DNA of 64,000 bases from positions 194,581 through 258,580 of the IMG/VR virus record IMGVR_UViG_3300005965_000002, one strand, 5' to 3'. Made by a program: the position numbers and the translations under genes. Positions 21,238-32,599 of this stretch are shown in pieces (position 1 is the first letter of the stretch; the number at the start of each line of letters is the position of its first letter). The notes under the pieces are model-generated. The model ran no database searches and was not told where the DNA came from. It was given only the letters and a program-made list of their open reading frames with translations.

Positions 21238-21708
21238 ATGAGTTTAGATGCGGCTTTTACAGTAAATTCAAATGTAGGCGCGGCTCCTTTTAGTGTAACT
21301 TTTTCATCTACACTTTTAGAGGGCACAGCTTCTTCCTATTTGTGGGATTTTGGGGATGGCACCACTAGTACTCAAGCATCTCCTACACATACTTACAATA
21401 ACTTAGGCTTATATACTGTTAAGCTTACAGTTTCTAATAGTAGTACTTCAGAGTCTATTACCCTCACAAAAAATAAGCATATAATTGTTGTAGCTGTAGA
21501 TTTTGAAGCTATCCCTGTACAGGGATATGCTCCGTTGTCGGTAAAATTCACCGACAAAAGCACAGCTCCTACGGGTTTTTCTATTGCTTCAAGATCCTGG
21601 AGCTTTGGAGATGGGTCTAGTGCGGTCACATCTCAAAACCCTGTCCATTCGTACTCGCAACCGGGTACATATGCTGTTGATCTACAGCTTACGGTAAAGA
21701 GGACATAA
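21238..21708 (+). CDS. Tandem two-PKD-domain protein
   Basis: YLWDFGDG and RSWSFGDG PKD motifs. Confidence 0.9.
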   Translation: MSLDAAFTVNSNVGAAPFSVTFSSTLLEGTASSYLWDFGDGTTSTQASPTHTYNNLGLYTVKLTVSNSSTSESITLTKNKHIIVVAVDFEAIPVQGYAPLSVKFTDKSTAPTGFSIASRSWSFGDGSSAVTSQNPVHSYSQPGTYAVDLQLTVKRT

Positions 21709-21709
21709 A

Positions 21710-24700
21710 ATGAGCATCGTTTATGTATATAAGAAGGCTACTGGGGCTAATAACGGTACTAGTTGGACAGACGCTTATACCGAACTTTATACAGCGGTTA
21801 ATAATGCCTCTGCGGGGGATGAGCTTTGGGTAGCGCAAAGCAACGGTTTCCTTGAGTGGTACCATCCGGGACCTGGTGTTTCTCCTAGCACTGAAGTAAT
21901 AACAGTAAATAAGCCTTTAACCATCTACGGTGGGATGCCCGTAGGTAGCACTTCTATTAGTGAAAGAACTTTCGATAAAAAAAGTATACTTAACGGGCAA
22001 AGTAACTCTTTTCATTCCCTATTAAAGCTCGAAATTAGTACAGGCGAGTTTATATTAGATAATTTTGACATAGTGAATTTTGGTACTACGTCATCATACC
22101 CCATTATAGTGGACGGTACTGGCCCGGAAATAACACAGGTTAAGTTTAAAAATTGTTTATTTGAAGGTAATGTGTCTTCTGTAGCTTGTGTATATGAATT
22201 AGCTTCAAATAATTCTGTTTTGGCTATAGAAAATTGTTATTTCACCAGGAATGAAGGCAAACTTTCTTCCTGTATTTCTAAAAATAGTATCTTAGCACTT
22301 TATGTAAATAATTCAGCATTTTTTAATAATAAGGCTGATTCTACGACAACTACACAGTCGGGAGCAATCTATTCTATATATGAGACAACGATAGACAACT
22401 GCGTTTTTAAAGAAAATGAAGGTGATCTCGCAGGAGCAGTTTATATAGTTAATTACGGGGCTTATACAATAGATATAAATCATTGTGTTTTTTACAAAAA
22501 TAAATCAACTGCAAATCCTGCCCTATATGGAAGTGGGGGGGCTCTTCGTATAGCAACTAAAAGTGATGAAAGCGTAAAGAACTCTATCTTTTGGGAAAAT
22601 GAGAGCACGTTATCTTCAAACGGTAACCAGATATATGTAATAAATACAAGTTCTACAACTGTATCCTTTGAAGTGCAGCATTGTTGTATTCAGGACGGTA
22701 TCTCGACAGGAGCAGTACTAACAGAGAATAGTCCAGGAAACATAGTTGTTTCAGATGACGGCACGCTAGTCATAACTGACCCACTATTTAGAGAACCTTC
22801 TTTATTTGGGTTTGATGCTCATTCTTTTCTTTGTGAAGGCCAAGCTTTAGACGGTTTAGATATAGGTATTGTAGGAAACGATGTATCGGATTTTGAGTTT
22901 TTTCCCACTTCTGGATTTTCGCCTCTATCTACTACAGCCGTTTCGACCGGTAGGTATAAATGGGGTTATGAATTTGATTTCTTATGGGAAATAGATGGGG
23001 TTTCAAAAACAGATCCGCTTCCCACATATAACCTTGAAGAAGCAAAATATTATAATGTTTCCTTACATACTAAGGTAGTAGAATTTTCAGTTTATTTATG
23101 TGGCTTTTCCTCTGCCTATAAATATGAGGATTCCTCGATAAAATTATCCTATTTAAATGTAGAAACTAATATTAATCCCTCTTTTACTGTAACTCCTATA
23201 GAGGGTGATGTACCATTAAATGTAAAATTTACTGACACCACTACGGGTACAATTACTTCTTGGCTGTGGTCTTTCGGAGATGATGGGACGGATACCGATC
23301 AAAATCCTGATCGTACTTTTGCAGCAAATGGTCTCTATGATGTAGAATTAACGGTTACCGGTCCTGAGGGTAGTTTTTCTACTAATCTATTCGAGCAAAC
23401 AGGAGAAGACTATATTAATGTAAGACCTGTAGCGGATTTCAACCTAAGTTCTTCTATTATATCTATTGGTGACACTGTTAATTTTACTGATCAGTCATTA
23501 GTGACCATATGCGGATGGGTTTGGTCGTGGTATAAAAAAGGGAGCTCGCCTGAGGACGGGGAAATATTTTATTCTACAGAACCGGAAGCTTTAAACTGGC
23601 CCTATGAAGATCCTTCCCTAACTTTTTCAAGTCCTACGTTCTCTCCCGGGGAGACATATGTAGTTTCGTTAAAGGTTTATAGTCCTTATGAAGGGACTGT
23701 TATCGATGATGAAGCGAATATTAGCAATAATACAACCACTAAAGAAGTGACTATACTTGCTGAAGTTTCCGCTAATTTTACTTTTACTCCTAATACAGGC
23801 CAGCAGCCATTAACTGTAAATTTTGAGGATACCTCTACCGGAGGTGCAGATGCTTGGAGTTGGGATTTTGGTGACGGGGACACATCTACCAGTCAGGATC
23901 CTAGTCATACCTATACCGAAAATGGTTCCTATACTGTTACACTTACGGCTACACGTACTAGCCCGGCTTCTACCGATACTATTACTAAAACTGTAAATGT
24001 TTCCCCTAGGGCTGAATTTGAAGCTAGCCCAGTTTCAGGATACACCCCGCTAACCGTGCAGTTTACTGATAAGTCGGTGACTACAGTAACTAACTGGCAG
24101 TGGTATTTTGGAGATGGTACCTCAAGTAGTTCTCAGAACCCCACAAAGACTTACAACCAAACTGGGACTTATACTGTTGAACTCATAGTTACAGGTCCTG
24201 GGGGGTCAGGATCAGCTACTAAAACAGATTACATTACTGCTGACTTCCCGGGAGATGCATACTATGTAGACTTAAACAAAACAGCTTCTGGGGCAGGCAC
24301 GGAGACCGACCCTTTTAATTATGAAGATTTTAGTAGTAGAACAACAAGCGCTGATAACTCCTTGGAGTATAAAATTAGAGGTTCATTAAATCTACAACAA
24401 GGTGTTCATTCTTCTTCTACAATTGGAGAATCGAATATAGTAATGACGCCTTGGGATTTAGATAGGTATGGTCCTTGGCGATTACATGTGTCTTCATCAA
24501 ACTTTGATAATCTAAATATATCAGCAAAGAAAATTTCTGGTGCTATCCTAGCTACTGATTTAGATATTTCGTCTGGGGATCCCGTAAGATTCAATTTATA
24601 CCTATGTGGATCCACTATAGAAAACACTCATATAGTTTCACATGATAGATTATTTTTTACACTTTACGGGGATGCGTACATATGTGGTAGTAATATAGTC

Positions 24701-25717
24701 GGGCCCAGTGGGAATAAAACTCTTCTCGATATAAATAGCGAAGAGGATTCTGATCCTGTTCAATTTTCTATTAAAGACTCTATTATAGATTTTAAGGATT
24801 TAGGAGTAACGGGAGATAGCGCTAAGCTAGAGGGGTCCATCCTGAGGACAAGCAACACATCTTTTAACTATGGTGGAATAAATAGAATTGGGGATTTACA
24901 TGGTATCACGGGTATTCATGTGGATCCACAATTTGATTTTGATATACCAGAGGCGTGGCCTGATTGGAACGCTGGAGCTAATGCCTCTACTAGCCCAGAT
25001 GACTCAACAAAGTGGGCAAGGTGGTCTACCTGGGGTAAATTAGTACGGGTAGGCAGCAGTGAGTATACGGAGATACCCACGGGTTTATTTGAGAATGATA
25101 GGCTAGGTATAGGTGCTCTATATTTTGATACTAACCCAACATTTACGGTTAACTATACAGAAGGTAACCTTGTTAGTGTACTGGATAGACCAGAAAAAAC
25201 TTGTAATCAATTTATAGCGATAGGGTGGGTAAAAAACCCATCTGTTTCTGACGGCAAAATTATTTATCCTATAGCTGTGTCAGATATGTACGGGAATGTC
25301 CTTGGAGATGATGTTGCTTCTTTTAAAATAGGAATAAAAAGGGAAGACGAGGACTATCGTCTTGTTTATTCCGGAGCGCAGTCTTTGCTAATAAATAGAT
25401 CTAATAGAATAGATTTAGCTGATAATAAATGGCATTTTTTGAGCTATGTTTGTGTTAATGATGAAGGGTTAATGAAGTTCTATGTCGATGGTATTGAGGT
25501 TCCTTCTGATACGGATACGGATGATGAGGGTTTTACAAAGAATATAGCCAGGTCTAAATTTGTGCGCATAGGAGGAGGGGATGTCTATAGCCCCTACCTT
25601 ACTCAAGAGAGTTCTGCTATATCGCTGTATAATTGGAGAGTAGGATTTAATTTTACCATTCATCAAGAATGGCTAAAAGAGTTAATGGAAATAGATAAAA
25701 CAAACTTGGGTATATAA
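21710..25717 (+). CDS. Adhesin/fibre: right-handed beta-helix, PKD repeats, GPW module, C-terminal LamG-like domain
   Basis: N-cap YVYKKATGANNGTSWTDAY; F-x-x-N/GGA repeats; several WxFGDG; DNKWHFLSYV...KFYVDG. Confidence 0.85.
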   Translation: MSIVYVYKKATGANNGTSWTDAYTELYTAVNNASAGDELWVAQSNGFLEWYHPGPGVSPSTEVITVNKPLTIYGGMPVGSTSISERTFDKKSILNGQSNSFHSLLKLEISTGEFILDNFDIVNFGTTSSYPIIVDGTGPEITQVKFKNCLFEGNVSSVACVYELASNNSVLAIENCYFTRNEGKLSSCISKNSILALYVNNSAFFNNKADSTTTTQSGAIYSIYETTIDNCVFKENEGDLAGAVYIVNYGAYTIDINHCVFYKNKSTANPALYGSGGALRIATKSDESVKNSIFWENESTLSSNGNQIYVINTSSTTVSFEVQHCCIQDGISTGAVLTENSPGNIVVSDDGTLVITDPLFREPSLFGFDAHSFLCEGQALDGLDIGIVGNDVSDFEFFPTSGFSPLSTTAVSTGRYKWGYEFDFLWEIDGVSKTDPLPTYNLEEAKYYNVSLHTKVVEFSVYLCGFSSAYKYEDSSIKLSYLNVETNINPSFTVTPIEGDVPLNVKFTDTTTGTITSWLWSFGDDGTDTDQNPDRTFAANGLYDVELTVTGPEGSFSTNLFEQTGEDYINVRPVADFNLSSSIISIGDTVNFTDQSLVTICGWVWSWYKKGSSPEDGEIFYSTEPEALNWPYEDPSLTFSSPTFSPGETYVVSLKVYSPYEGTVIDDEANISNNTTTKEVTILAEVSANFTFTPNTGQQPLTVNFEDTSTGGADAWSWDFGDGDTSTSQDPSHTYTENGSYTVTLTATRTSPASTDTITKTVNVSPRAEFEASPVSGYTPLTVQFTDKSVTTVTNWQWYFGDGTSSSSQNPTKTYNQTGTYTVELIVTGPGGSGSATKTDYITADFPGDAYYVDLNKTASGAGTETDPFNYEDFSSRTTSADNSLEYKIRGSLNLQQGVHSSSTIGESNIVMTPWDLDRYGPWRLHVSSSNFDNLNISAKKISGAILATDLDISSGDPVRFNLYLCGSTIENTHIVSHDRLFFTLYGDAYICGSNIVGPSGNKTLLDINSEEDSDPVQFSIKDSIIDFKDLGVTGDSAKLEGSILRTSNTSFNYGGINRIGDLHGITGIHVDPQFDFDIPEAWPDWNAGANASTSPDDSTKWARWSTWGKLVRVGSSEYTEIPTGLFENDRLGIGALYFDTNPTFTVNYTEGNLVSVLDRPEKTCNQFIAIGWVKNPSVSDGKIIYPIAVSDMYGNVLGDDVASFKIGIKREDEDYRLVYSGAQSLLINRSNRIDLADNKWHFLSYVCVNDEGLMKFYVDGIEVPSDTDTDDEGFTKNIARSKFVRIGGGDVYSPYLTQESSAISLYNWRVGFNFTIHQEWLKELMEIDKTNLGI

Positions 25718-25726
25718 GAGGGCGTA

Positions 25727-28700
25727 ATGGCGATTATTTATGTAAATGAAAGCGCAAGCGGTTCAAATAATGGTACTACTTGGACTGATGCTTACACTAG
25801 CCTAGTTACAGCTTTATCCTCGGCGACTGACGGGGATGAGTTGTGGGTGGCCCAAGGTACATATTCACCAGGAGGGGCAGCGGGTGACTTTTTTGACGTT
25901 GCTGTTTCCAACCTAAGTATATACGGAGGGTTTCGAGGGGATGAAGTAAATAAGAATCAGAGAGATAGAACAAGATTTGAATCCATTCTCGACGGCGACG
26001 GTGTAAATGAAGCGATATTAAAAAATACAAACACAACATATCCATCCACTCTAATAATAGACAGTCTGTATTTTGAAAATTGCGCAGGTGATTTTTTCTT
26101 ATCAGCTTTAGTCTTTAATTATTCAGGAACAGACGGAGACGATAACTTAGAAGTATACAATAGCGTGTTCCGCAATAATAGCGGTTTCGACGGCGGTGCC
26201 GTTACAATTATAGGAAACGCATTTTATTCTTATTGGAAAATAGAGAATTGTGAGTTTTATAATAACACAGCCTCACGCAATGGTGGGGCTATTTATGTGG
26301 GTGGTACATATGTTGGCGGTACAAATATTAGGAATTGTATGTTTCATAACAATTCTGCTGTTAGAGGCGGTGCCGTTTATATTAGTACAAGACTAAATGT
26401 CTTGGAATCTTGTGCGTTCTATAATAATACCGTGACAGAGAACGGTGGTGCTGTATACAATACGTTAACAACAGCAACCTTCAGAAACAATTCTTTCTAC
26501 GGGAATACAGCGGGTATTAACGGTGGAGCACTTTTCATAGTTAACTCAAATACAGACCCTTATAATTGTGTTTTTTATGGTAACACCGCTACTTCCTCAG
26601 GTAATGACATTTATGTAGATCCTTTTGTTTTAGGTTCCGAAATAAACTATTGCTCTGCTACGTCTTTATCCGCACCTGATGTAGTAAATATTACAATTGG
26701 TAGTAGTAATGTAGCTGGAGATCCAAATTTTGTCGATCCTTCTAATGGCGACTTAAGGTTAAAGTATACATCACAATGCATTGACGCTGGAGATGGAGAT
26801 AACGCCACTACATACGACATCGAAGGGAATCCAAGAGTCCAGGTAAAAACTAGTCCTGCTGGCACAGGGTCTCCCAATTATACAGATATGGGAGCCTATG
26901 AGTTTTCAGATGCTGTGAAAAGATATTACGTACAGCTTAGTAACTCATACACGTCTACAGGCCATACAGGTTCATATAATGATCCATACTCTTATGAAGA
27001 TTTTGTAAGTAATATTTCCGCTGCTACAGGTAGAGCTATCTATCTTTTAAAGGGGACAAGGTCCTCATCCCTATCGGATATTACCGCTACCTCTCTTTAT
27101 CAAGTAAGCCTTATCGCTTGGGACTTAAATGAGTACGGTCCCTGGAGAATACTACAGCCATCGAATGCTTTTGATGTAGATGCTTATATGCAAGATGGTA
27201 TTGTAGATGCTGAGCGCATTTACTCTCTTAATGGAAGTAAGAGAATGTATATGCAGGGTAGTGCCGCGTCTACGACCGACTATATAGCGGGTACCCACGA
27301 ACAAACTAATTTCGTAAATACGGGTACGTCTAATCCGTTTACAGTAGAGACAGGAGACACAGCTACTGTCGATAGGTGCATCTTCAATGGTAATGAGGTT
27401 TTTGTAGATACCGGCGCTACATTTACCGTATCTAACAGTGTCAGTAATATTATTACCGGAGGAGCCTTTCTCACGGGCACAGGCACTATTAGCTCCTCTA
27501 ATATGACATACGGATGGAATCCTCCAGTTCTGCCGAGTAACACGAGTACAGATCTAACTGTATTTTCCTTAGATGGAGGTACTAGCCCAGCAACAATAAG
27601 TGATACTGCTGGGGTAGGGTATGACGACGGATGGGCTAATGGTGAGTCTATATTTGTTAATCTATCCGTATCTTCTACAGGTAATGATGGTTACTATGGG
27701 GAAAATGCTGTAGGACTAACCGAATTTATAGCAGCACTTTCGGATGGTCTAACATTTTATTTAAGAGGAAAAGCAAGTCTTCCAAGTTCTACGAATATCA
27801 CAATAACATCAGGCACAGCATCTTTTAAAGCCTGGAATCTTTCTAAGTATGGACCGTGGAAGTTAGAGATTAATAAGAATGCTGTAGGAGGTTTTTCCTC
27901 TGGCAGAGTCAACATGCAAGGTGGAAGTATAAGAAATAATTATTCAGGGGGAGCGGGTGACTTATTTCTTAATAACGGAGAAGATCTTTACATAGAGTCG
28001 GTTGGTAATCAATCAACTATTTACGGTAACTTAACTAGATGTACCCTTAATTTTGATACGAGAGTACTTGTACAAAGTGACAGTAGCGCAACTTTTAATA
28101 ATTGCATACTGAATAAAACAGGGTCGGCTAAGCTAGATTGTCAGAATGTAGGCGTAGACTTGATAATTAGCAATAGCATATCTGATGCGTCTAACTTCGC
28201 GGATTTGGTAGATGATAACTCAAGCGGTGGAGCCCTAGTATATGGAGAAGATAACACCTTTAACTGGACGGCTCCTACATTACCAGATTGGGATACCTCA
28301 GACTATAATGAATATCGATTAGCGGGATCGCCGTCAGCTATTTATTATGGTGTGCAGAGTTTTCTTACCACGATTTACGTAGACATAGCAAGTAGTAATG
28401 ATACCTCTCTTACAGAAGGCGGTGATAGCTCATCCCCGGCATCTTACATATATTTAAATGATGTTATCTCTAGGATGCGCGGAGGGGATTTTAGGCTAAA
28501 AGGCGTGAGGGATATCACGAATACTGCTGCCGATGAGATTTATTGGTTAAATGAGGGTATACCGTATAGAAACAACCTTTTATCTGATTGGGATAATGAT
28601 ACCGAAGGGCCCTGGAGATTAAGAGCCGACAAAGTTACCCTTAGTGGGGTAAACTTATTTAATGGTATCATATACTCGGATAAGCATGTTTATCTAACTG

Positions 28701-31700
28701 GATACACTATAGAGCCCTATACCGACACAACTTACTTTAGAGATGTCTTTGTAAGGGCGAGTGACCAGATAATAATAGGGTCTGGGGGATATGAGTTCTA
28801 CGGCGACACGCTTCTTTCCGAAGCTAATCCCATAGCTTTTGTAGAGACAGTACCTCTAAGCCAGAACAATACCTGGTCTTATATAAACGATGGTTTTGTA
28901 GGCGGTGAATATAACACTTGGTGGAGTACCGATTTTAGAACAGGTACTGACGCATGGGAGCTTGAGGAAATACCCGAAGGTAGTGATAACTGGGTAGCGG
29001 TTCAGAATAGTTCTGTAAATGTAAGGCTGACTCCTACGGGAGTAGCTTTAACTGGAGATTTTGTTTATAGATTCTGTATAGTAGATTCTAAAACTGGATT
29101 AGGAAATAGATCAGAAAAGTTTTATATATATGACGATACTGCGGGAACAGCTCGAGGCGGAATTGAATTCAGTATGGGCACAAATGTGCTCGAATTTGTA
29201 GATGCTTCCTTAGTAACTCTCGATTCTGTTATAGTGCCTACGGATCTTTATGACAAAATCTATATAGAGTTAAGGAGAAAAGATGGCGTAATTACTGCAT
29301 CTTACTCCCCATATGTGCCAGATAATTATACGGATTTTTCTGGATCGTATACTTATGCCGACCCACATTACATAGTAATGGAGGGTGGTGATGTTATAGG
29401 TGCAGGCTGCTTTGCTCTGCAGGTTGAGGGTTCTACACCAGGGGATACTTCTAGTTTACCATATGGAGCAAAAGACCTTGATGCTATTCTAAAGGATTCT
29501 GTAATAGATACTCTCACTGTTTCTGAATCTTCATGGTCTTTTAATAGCATAAGTCTTTCTTATATAGCACAAACAGATAGTACGTGGTCAGCTAGTGGCT
29601 TAGTGTATTCCGGAACCAATCAGTCTGGATGGGTTTCAGCTACTTGGCCAGCTTGGTCCTCCGTTTTATCTAATACAAAGGCAGATTTTGGGCTTTCTGT
29701 TATAGGATCAGGAATCACTCTATCAGGTTCAGGAAATTATACCAATTATAATGAGGGTCTGTGGGGAGAAATTAGAACAAATGTTGGGGCGTATTACTTT
29801 GATACAGCTCTAAATTTTACGGCTTCTCCCACTCTAGCCTATTTTAGCCCTACTAACCCGGCACCTGTTACATTTACAGCAATTGATGATACGGGCGCTA
29901 CCTCATGGAGATGGGATTTTGGGGATGGTACTGATTTTTATACTACCGATCCTTTATTTAAAAACCCGACCCACAGCTATACGTCAGAAGGTGTGTTTAC
30001 TGTCTCCTTGACTATAAACGAATCCCCTGTTACTACAGTTACTAAAGCGGGATACATAATAATTCTTAGGACTCTAGAAGCTACCATAGTAGCTGATCCT
30101 CGTTTTTACTATGGGGCTATACCTCCTGGCGGGCTTCCTGTAGATTTTGGAGTAACTAACCCCACTAGGACATTAGATCCTACACCTGCTGGGGTTTACC
30201 CTGGTTTTTCCTGGGATTATGGAGACGGATCTGCTGTAGTCACAGGATTAACGGGGCCTTCCCACGATTTTACTTCTTATGGAACGTTTAATGCACAATT
30301 AACAGTAAGAGACATAGGAGTTTCGGGTCTAGATTCCACAAAGCAGCTCACATCATTTGATATTGATGTTAAGATTTATAATCTAACTATATCTGTAAGC
30401 CCTACTTTAGGTAAAAAGCCTTTAGTTGTCAATTTTACAGCGACGCCTGCCTCTGGATTTTCTCCTGTGTCCTATCATTGGATATTCAGAGATGGGGCGG
30501 AATCATCCTCTCAGAGCCCGACGCATCAGTATACAACTGAAGGAGTGTATGATACAGTACTGATAATAGATCAAGGTTTTGCTACTCAACAGATATTTAG
30601 CTCGGATGCAAGTTATCCAGGAGTCGATGTTGTTGACCCTGATATGCAAGTAATTGTATCCAGCGTTGATTCTGTTTTTACCGTATCTCCTATTTATGGG
30701 TATATTCCTTTAACCGGCTTGTTTGAAGACAATAGTATAGGTAATATAACCGGTTGGCAGTGGGATTTTGATGATGGCTCCTCTCAGGTACTAGGGGAAA
30801 CAGGACTTTTTCATATCTACGACACGGCTAATACATATAATCCTACACTTACCGTGTATGATATATACGGTCTTACGGATACATCTTCTGCAGAGGTGAT
30901 AGCATTATCTCCTTTAGATATAGATGTCTCAGATTCGACACCAACCGTAACTCAGTCAGTAACCTTCAGCCCTGTTAATGATACTTACGCTAATCAATGG
31001 GTGTGGGATCTTATTTATGTGGATCCAATACTCGGAGAGATAACAATAGATCGAAAAACAACTTCTACACAAGCTGACAGAAACTACGTAAAAGATATAG
31101 TAGTACCTGGTGATTATAAAATCCAACTTACTATTACGGATGACCTGGGTAACTCGTATAGTAAAATCGAATCTTTTACAGCATCCGAAAATATCAGCAT
31201 CGTCACTGATCCTTCTCCCGCTACAGGAGAAGTTCCTTTAGAGGTTGATTTTTCTACTTCTGGTTTGGACCTGACAGGAATTAATAGTATTAAATGGGAT
31301 TTAAATGGTGATGGGACAACGGATTCAACAAGCGATACTTCTTCTTATACTTATAATACTCCGGATACTTATTCTTCTACCCTGGTAGTAGAGTGGCATA
31401 TTGAGGATGTTGACAACTCAGCGCTATCTACTACGGTGTCTATCCAGAGAGGAATTTTTGTAATAGCCGGTCAGAATCCTCTTGTGATTTCGATTTCTGC
31501 TAATCCCTTACATGGACATAAACCTCTTGTGTCTACTTTTGCAGGATCTGCAAATAATAGCGTTTCTACCTGGAAGTGGGAAGTAAGAAAAGCATCGACC
31601 TCATATACTACTATCGGTTCAACACAGCAGATTACATATACTTTTTCTGAGTCCGGTGAGTACTCGGTTAGACTTACAGTTACGGATGTGTATGGGGAAA

Positions 31701-31915
31701 CTGATTCTGCTACTGTAAGAATAACTGTCGTAAACGATATCTCCACTTACGATAGAGCCCCGGATCCAGATAAGTTAATGGAGATTACCGGGCCTGGGCA
31801 GCTTCAGATTTTTAATGGTGGTAGAGGCGTACGCTTTAGGATACCGAGTGGGGAAACAAGCCAAAAACCCTATGGCTTTAAGAGATCCAACGGGCCTAGC
31901 CATATATATGATTAG
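25727..31915 (+). CDS. 2062-aa adhesin/fibre: GGA/FxxN beta-helix with choice-of-anchor-Q-like end, three GPW modules, multiple PKD domains
   Basis: GGAVTI/GGAIYV/FYNN repeats; DPNFVDPSNGDLRLKYTSQCIDAG...DMGAYE; about 6-7 PKD-like domains in the C-terminal third. Confidence 0.85.
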   Translation: MAIIYVNESASGSNNGTTWTDAYTSLVTALSSATDGDELWVAQGTYSPGGAAGDFFDVAVSNLSIYGGFRGDEVNKNQRDRTRFESILDGDGVNEAILKNTNTTYPSTLIIDSLYFENCAGDFFLSALVFNYSGTDGDDNLEVYNSVFRNNSGFDGGAVTIIGNAFYSYWKIENCEFYNNTASRNGGAIYVGGTYVGGTNIRNCMFHNNSAVRGGAVYISTRLNVLESCAFYNNTVTENGGAVYNTLTTATFRNNSFYGNTAGINGGALFIVNSNTDPYNCVFYGNTATSSGNDIYVDPFVLGSEINYCSATSLSAPDVVNITIGSSNVAGDPNFVDPSNGDLRLKYTSQCIDAGDGDNATTYDIEGNPRVQVKTSPAGTGSPNYTDMGAYEFSDAVKRYYVQLSNSYTSTGHTGSYNDPYSYEDFVSNISAATGRAIYLLKGTRSSSLSDITATSLYQVSLIAWDLNEYGPWRILQPSNAFDVDAYMQDGIVDAERIYSLNGSKRMYMQGSAASTTDYIAGTHEQTNFVNTGTSNPFTVETGDTATVDRCIFNGNEVFVDTGATFTVSNSVSNIITGGAFLTGTGTISSSNMTYGWNPPVLPSNTSTDLTVFSLDGGTSPATISDTAGVGYDDGWANGESIFVNLSVSSTGNDGYYGENAVGLTEFIAALSDGLTFYLRGKASLPSSTNITITSGTASFKAWNLSKYGPWKLEINKNAVGGFSSGRVNMQGGSIRNNYSGGAGDLFLNNGEDLYIESVGNQSTIYGNLTRCTLNFDTRVLVQSDSSATFNNCILNKTGSAKLDCQNVGVDLIISNSISDASNFADLVDDNSSGGALVYGEDNTFNWTAPTLPDWDTSDYNEYRLAGSPSAIYYGVQSFLTTIYVDIASSNDTSLTEGGDSSSPASYIYLNDVISRMRGGDFRLKGVRDITNTAADEIYWLNEGIPYRNNLLSDWDNDTEGPWRLRADKVTLSGVNLFNGIIYSDKHVYLTGYTIEPYTDTTYFRDVFVRASDQIIIGSGGYEFYGDTLLSEANPIAFVETVPLSQNNTWSYINDGFVGGEYNTWWSTDFRTGTDAWELEEIPEGSDNWVAVQNSSVNVRLTPTGVALTGDFVYRFCIVDSKTGLGNRSEKFYIYDDTAGTARGGIEFSMGTNVLEFVDASLVTLDSVIVPTDLYDKIYIELRRKDGVITASYSPYVPDNYTDFSGSYTYADPHYIVMEGGDVIGAGCFALQVEGSTPGDTSSLPYGAKDLDAILKDSVIDTLTVSESSWSFNSISLSYIAQTDSTWSASGLVYSGTNQSGWVSATWPAWSSVLSNTKADFGLSVIGSGITLSGSGNYTNYNEGLWGEIRTNVGAYYFDTALNFTASPTLAYFSPTNPAPVTFTAIDDTGATSWRWDFGDGTDFYTTDPLFKNPTHSYTSEGVFTVSLTINESPVTTVTKAGYIIILRTLEATIVADPRFYYGAIPPGGLPVDFGVTNPTRTLDPTPAGVYPGFSWDYGDGSAVVTGLTGPSHDFTSYGTFNAQLTVRDIGVSGLDSTKQLTSFDIDVKIYNLTISVSPTLGKKPLVVNFTATPASGFSPVSYHWIFRDGAESSSQSPTHQYTTEGVYDTVLIIDQGFATQQIFSSDASYPGVDVVDPDMQVIVSSVDSVFTVSPIYGYIPLTGLFEDNSIGNITGWQWDFDDGSSQVLGETGLFHIYDTANTYNPTLTVYDIYGLTDTSSAEVIALSPLDIDVSDSTPTVTQSVTFSPVNDTYANQWVWDLIYVDPILGEITIDRKTTSTQADRNYVKDIVVPGDYKIQLTITDDLGNSYSKIESFTASENISIVTDPSPATGEVPLEVDFSTSGLDLTGINSIKWDLNGDGTTDSTSDTSSYTYNTPDTYSSTLVVEWHIEDVDNSALSTTVSIQRGIFVIAGQNPLVISISANPLHGHKPLVSTFAGSANNSVSTWKWEVRKASTSYTTIGSTQQITYTFSESGEYSVRLTVTDVYGETDSATVRITVVNDISTYDRAPDPDKLMEITGPGQLQIFNGGRGVRFRIPSGETSQKPYGFKRSNGPSHIYD

Positions 31916-31923
31916 GATATGAT

Positions 31924-32571
31924 ATGTTAAAAAGTAAAAAGAACACGATAAATGCTTCTTTAAAACCAACTATATCTAAGGGGACTGTTAGAATAAATGC
32001 GGGTTCCTTTGTATTTGATAATAATTGGATAAATTTTAGAGGCAAACTGTTTAAGCTAGATGACTATATAGGTAGGGTCTTAGCTCCGCCTAGGACAAGG
32101 TTTTTTAATGATCGAAATTACGCTTTCTATTTAGTTATTGGATTAGATAAAAATGGGGAGCTGACTTATTTAGAGGGTAACCAGGTAAAGTTTTCTTCTA
32201 TTAAGTCTGTACCAGTACCGTCTGTGATAGATATTATTCCTCTTGTGGGGCTTATTGTTATTCAGGATGGCTCTAGAGATCTAAACTTTGGCTACAAACC
32301 TTTGAATGATTCCAATGTCATATTTTTTTCTGGTGCCGGTAATGTCCTCGATAAAGATAAAAAGGGAATTCAGGGAGAATCAAATAGATCATATGGGTAT
32401 ACAGGGCTGTTGGGGGAGACAGGAATAGAGGGAGAGCGGGGCGCAAAAGGCTTGAGGGGTGAGACTGGAATAATTGGCCCTACTATTTATGGGGATCGGG
32501 GGGAAACCGGTACTAAAGGTATGACAGGAATTAACTGGAATATACATATTCCCTTTGAATTCTTTCTCTAA
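31924..32571 (+). CDS. Collagen-like protein (paralog of 32600 and probably 16567)
   Basis: Gly-X-Y run at 32365-32535; N-domain shares (L/F)FNxR and QDGS with the next gene. Confidence 0.8.
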   Translation: MLKSKKNTINASLKPTISKGTVRINAGSFVFDNNWINFRGKLFKLDDYIGRVLAPPRTRFFNDRNYAFYLVIGLDKNGELTYLEGNQVKFSSIKSVPVPSVIDIIPLVGLIVIQDGSRDLNFGYKPLNDSNVIFFSGAGNVLDKDKKGIQGESNRSYGYTGLLGETGIEGERGAKGLRGETGIIGPTIYGDRGETGTKGMTGINWNIHIPFEFFL

Positions 32572-32583
32572 TTATCTAATAAT
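32569..32583 (+). promoter_or_regulatory. Candidate late promoter TAATTATCTAATAAT
   Basis: Recurrent motif upstream of a structural gene. Confidence 0.55.
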
Positions 32584-32599
32584 AACTTTGGCTTAAAAT

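Noticed and set aside
18165-31915. Cellular (archaeal or Bacteroidota-type) surface-protein locus
   Set aside because: PKD and beta-helix content is similar, but no signal peptides or sorting signals are visible and the genes are embedded between baseplate genes.
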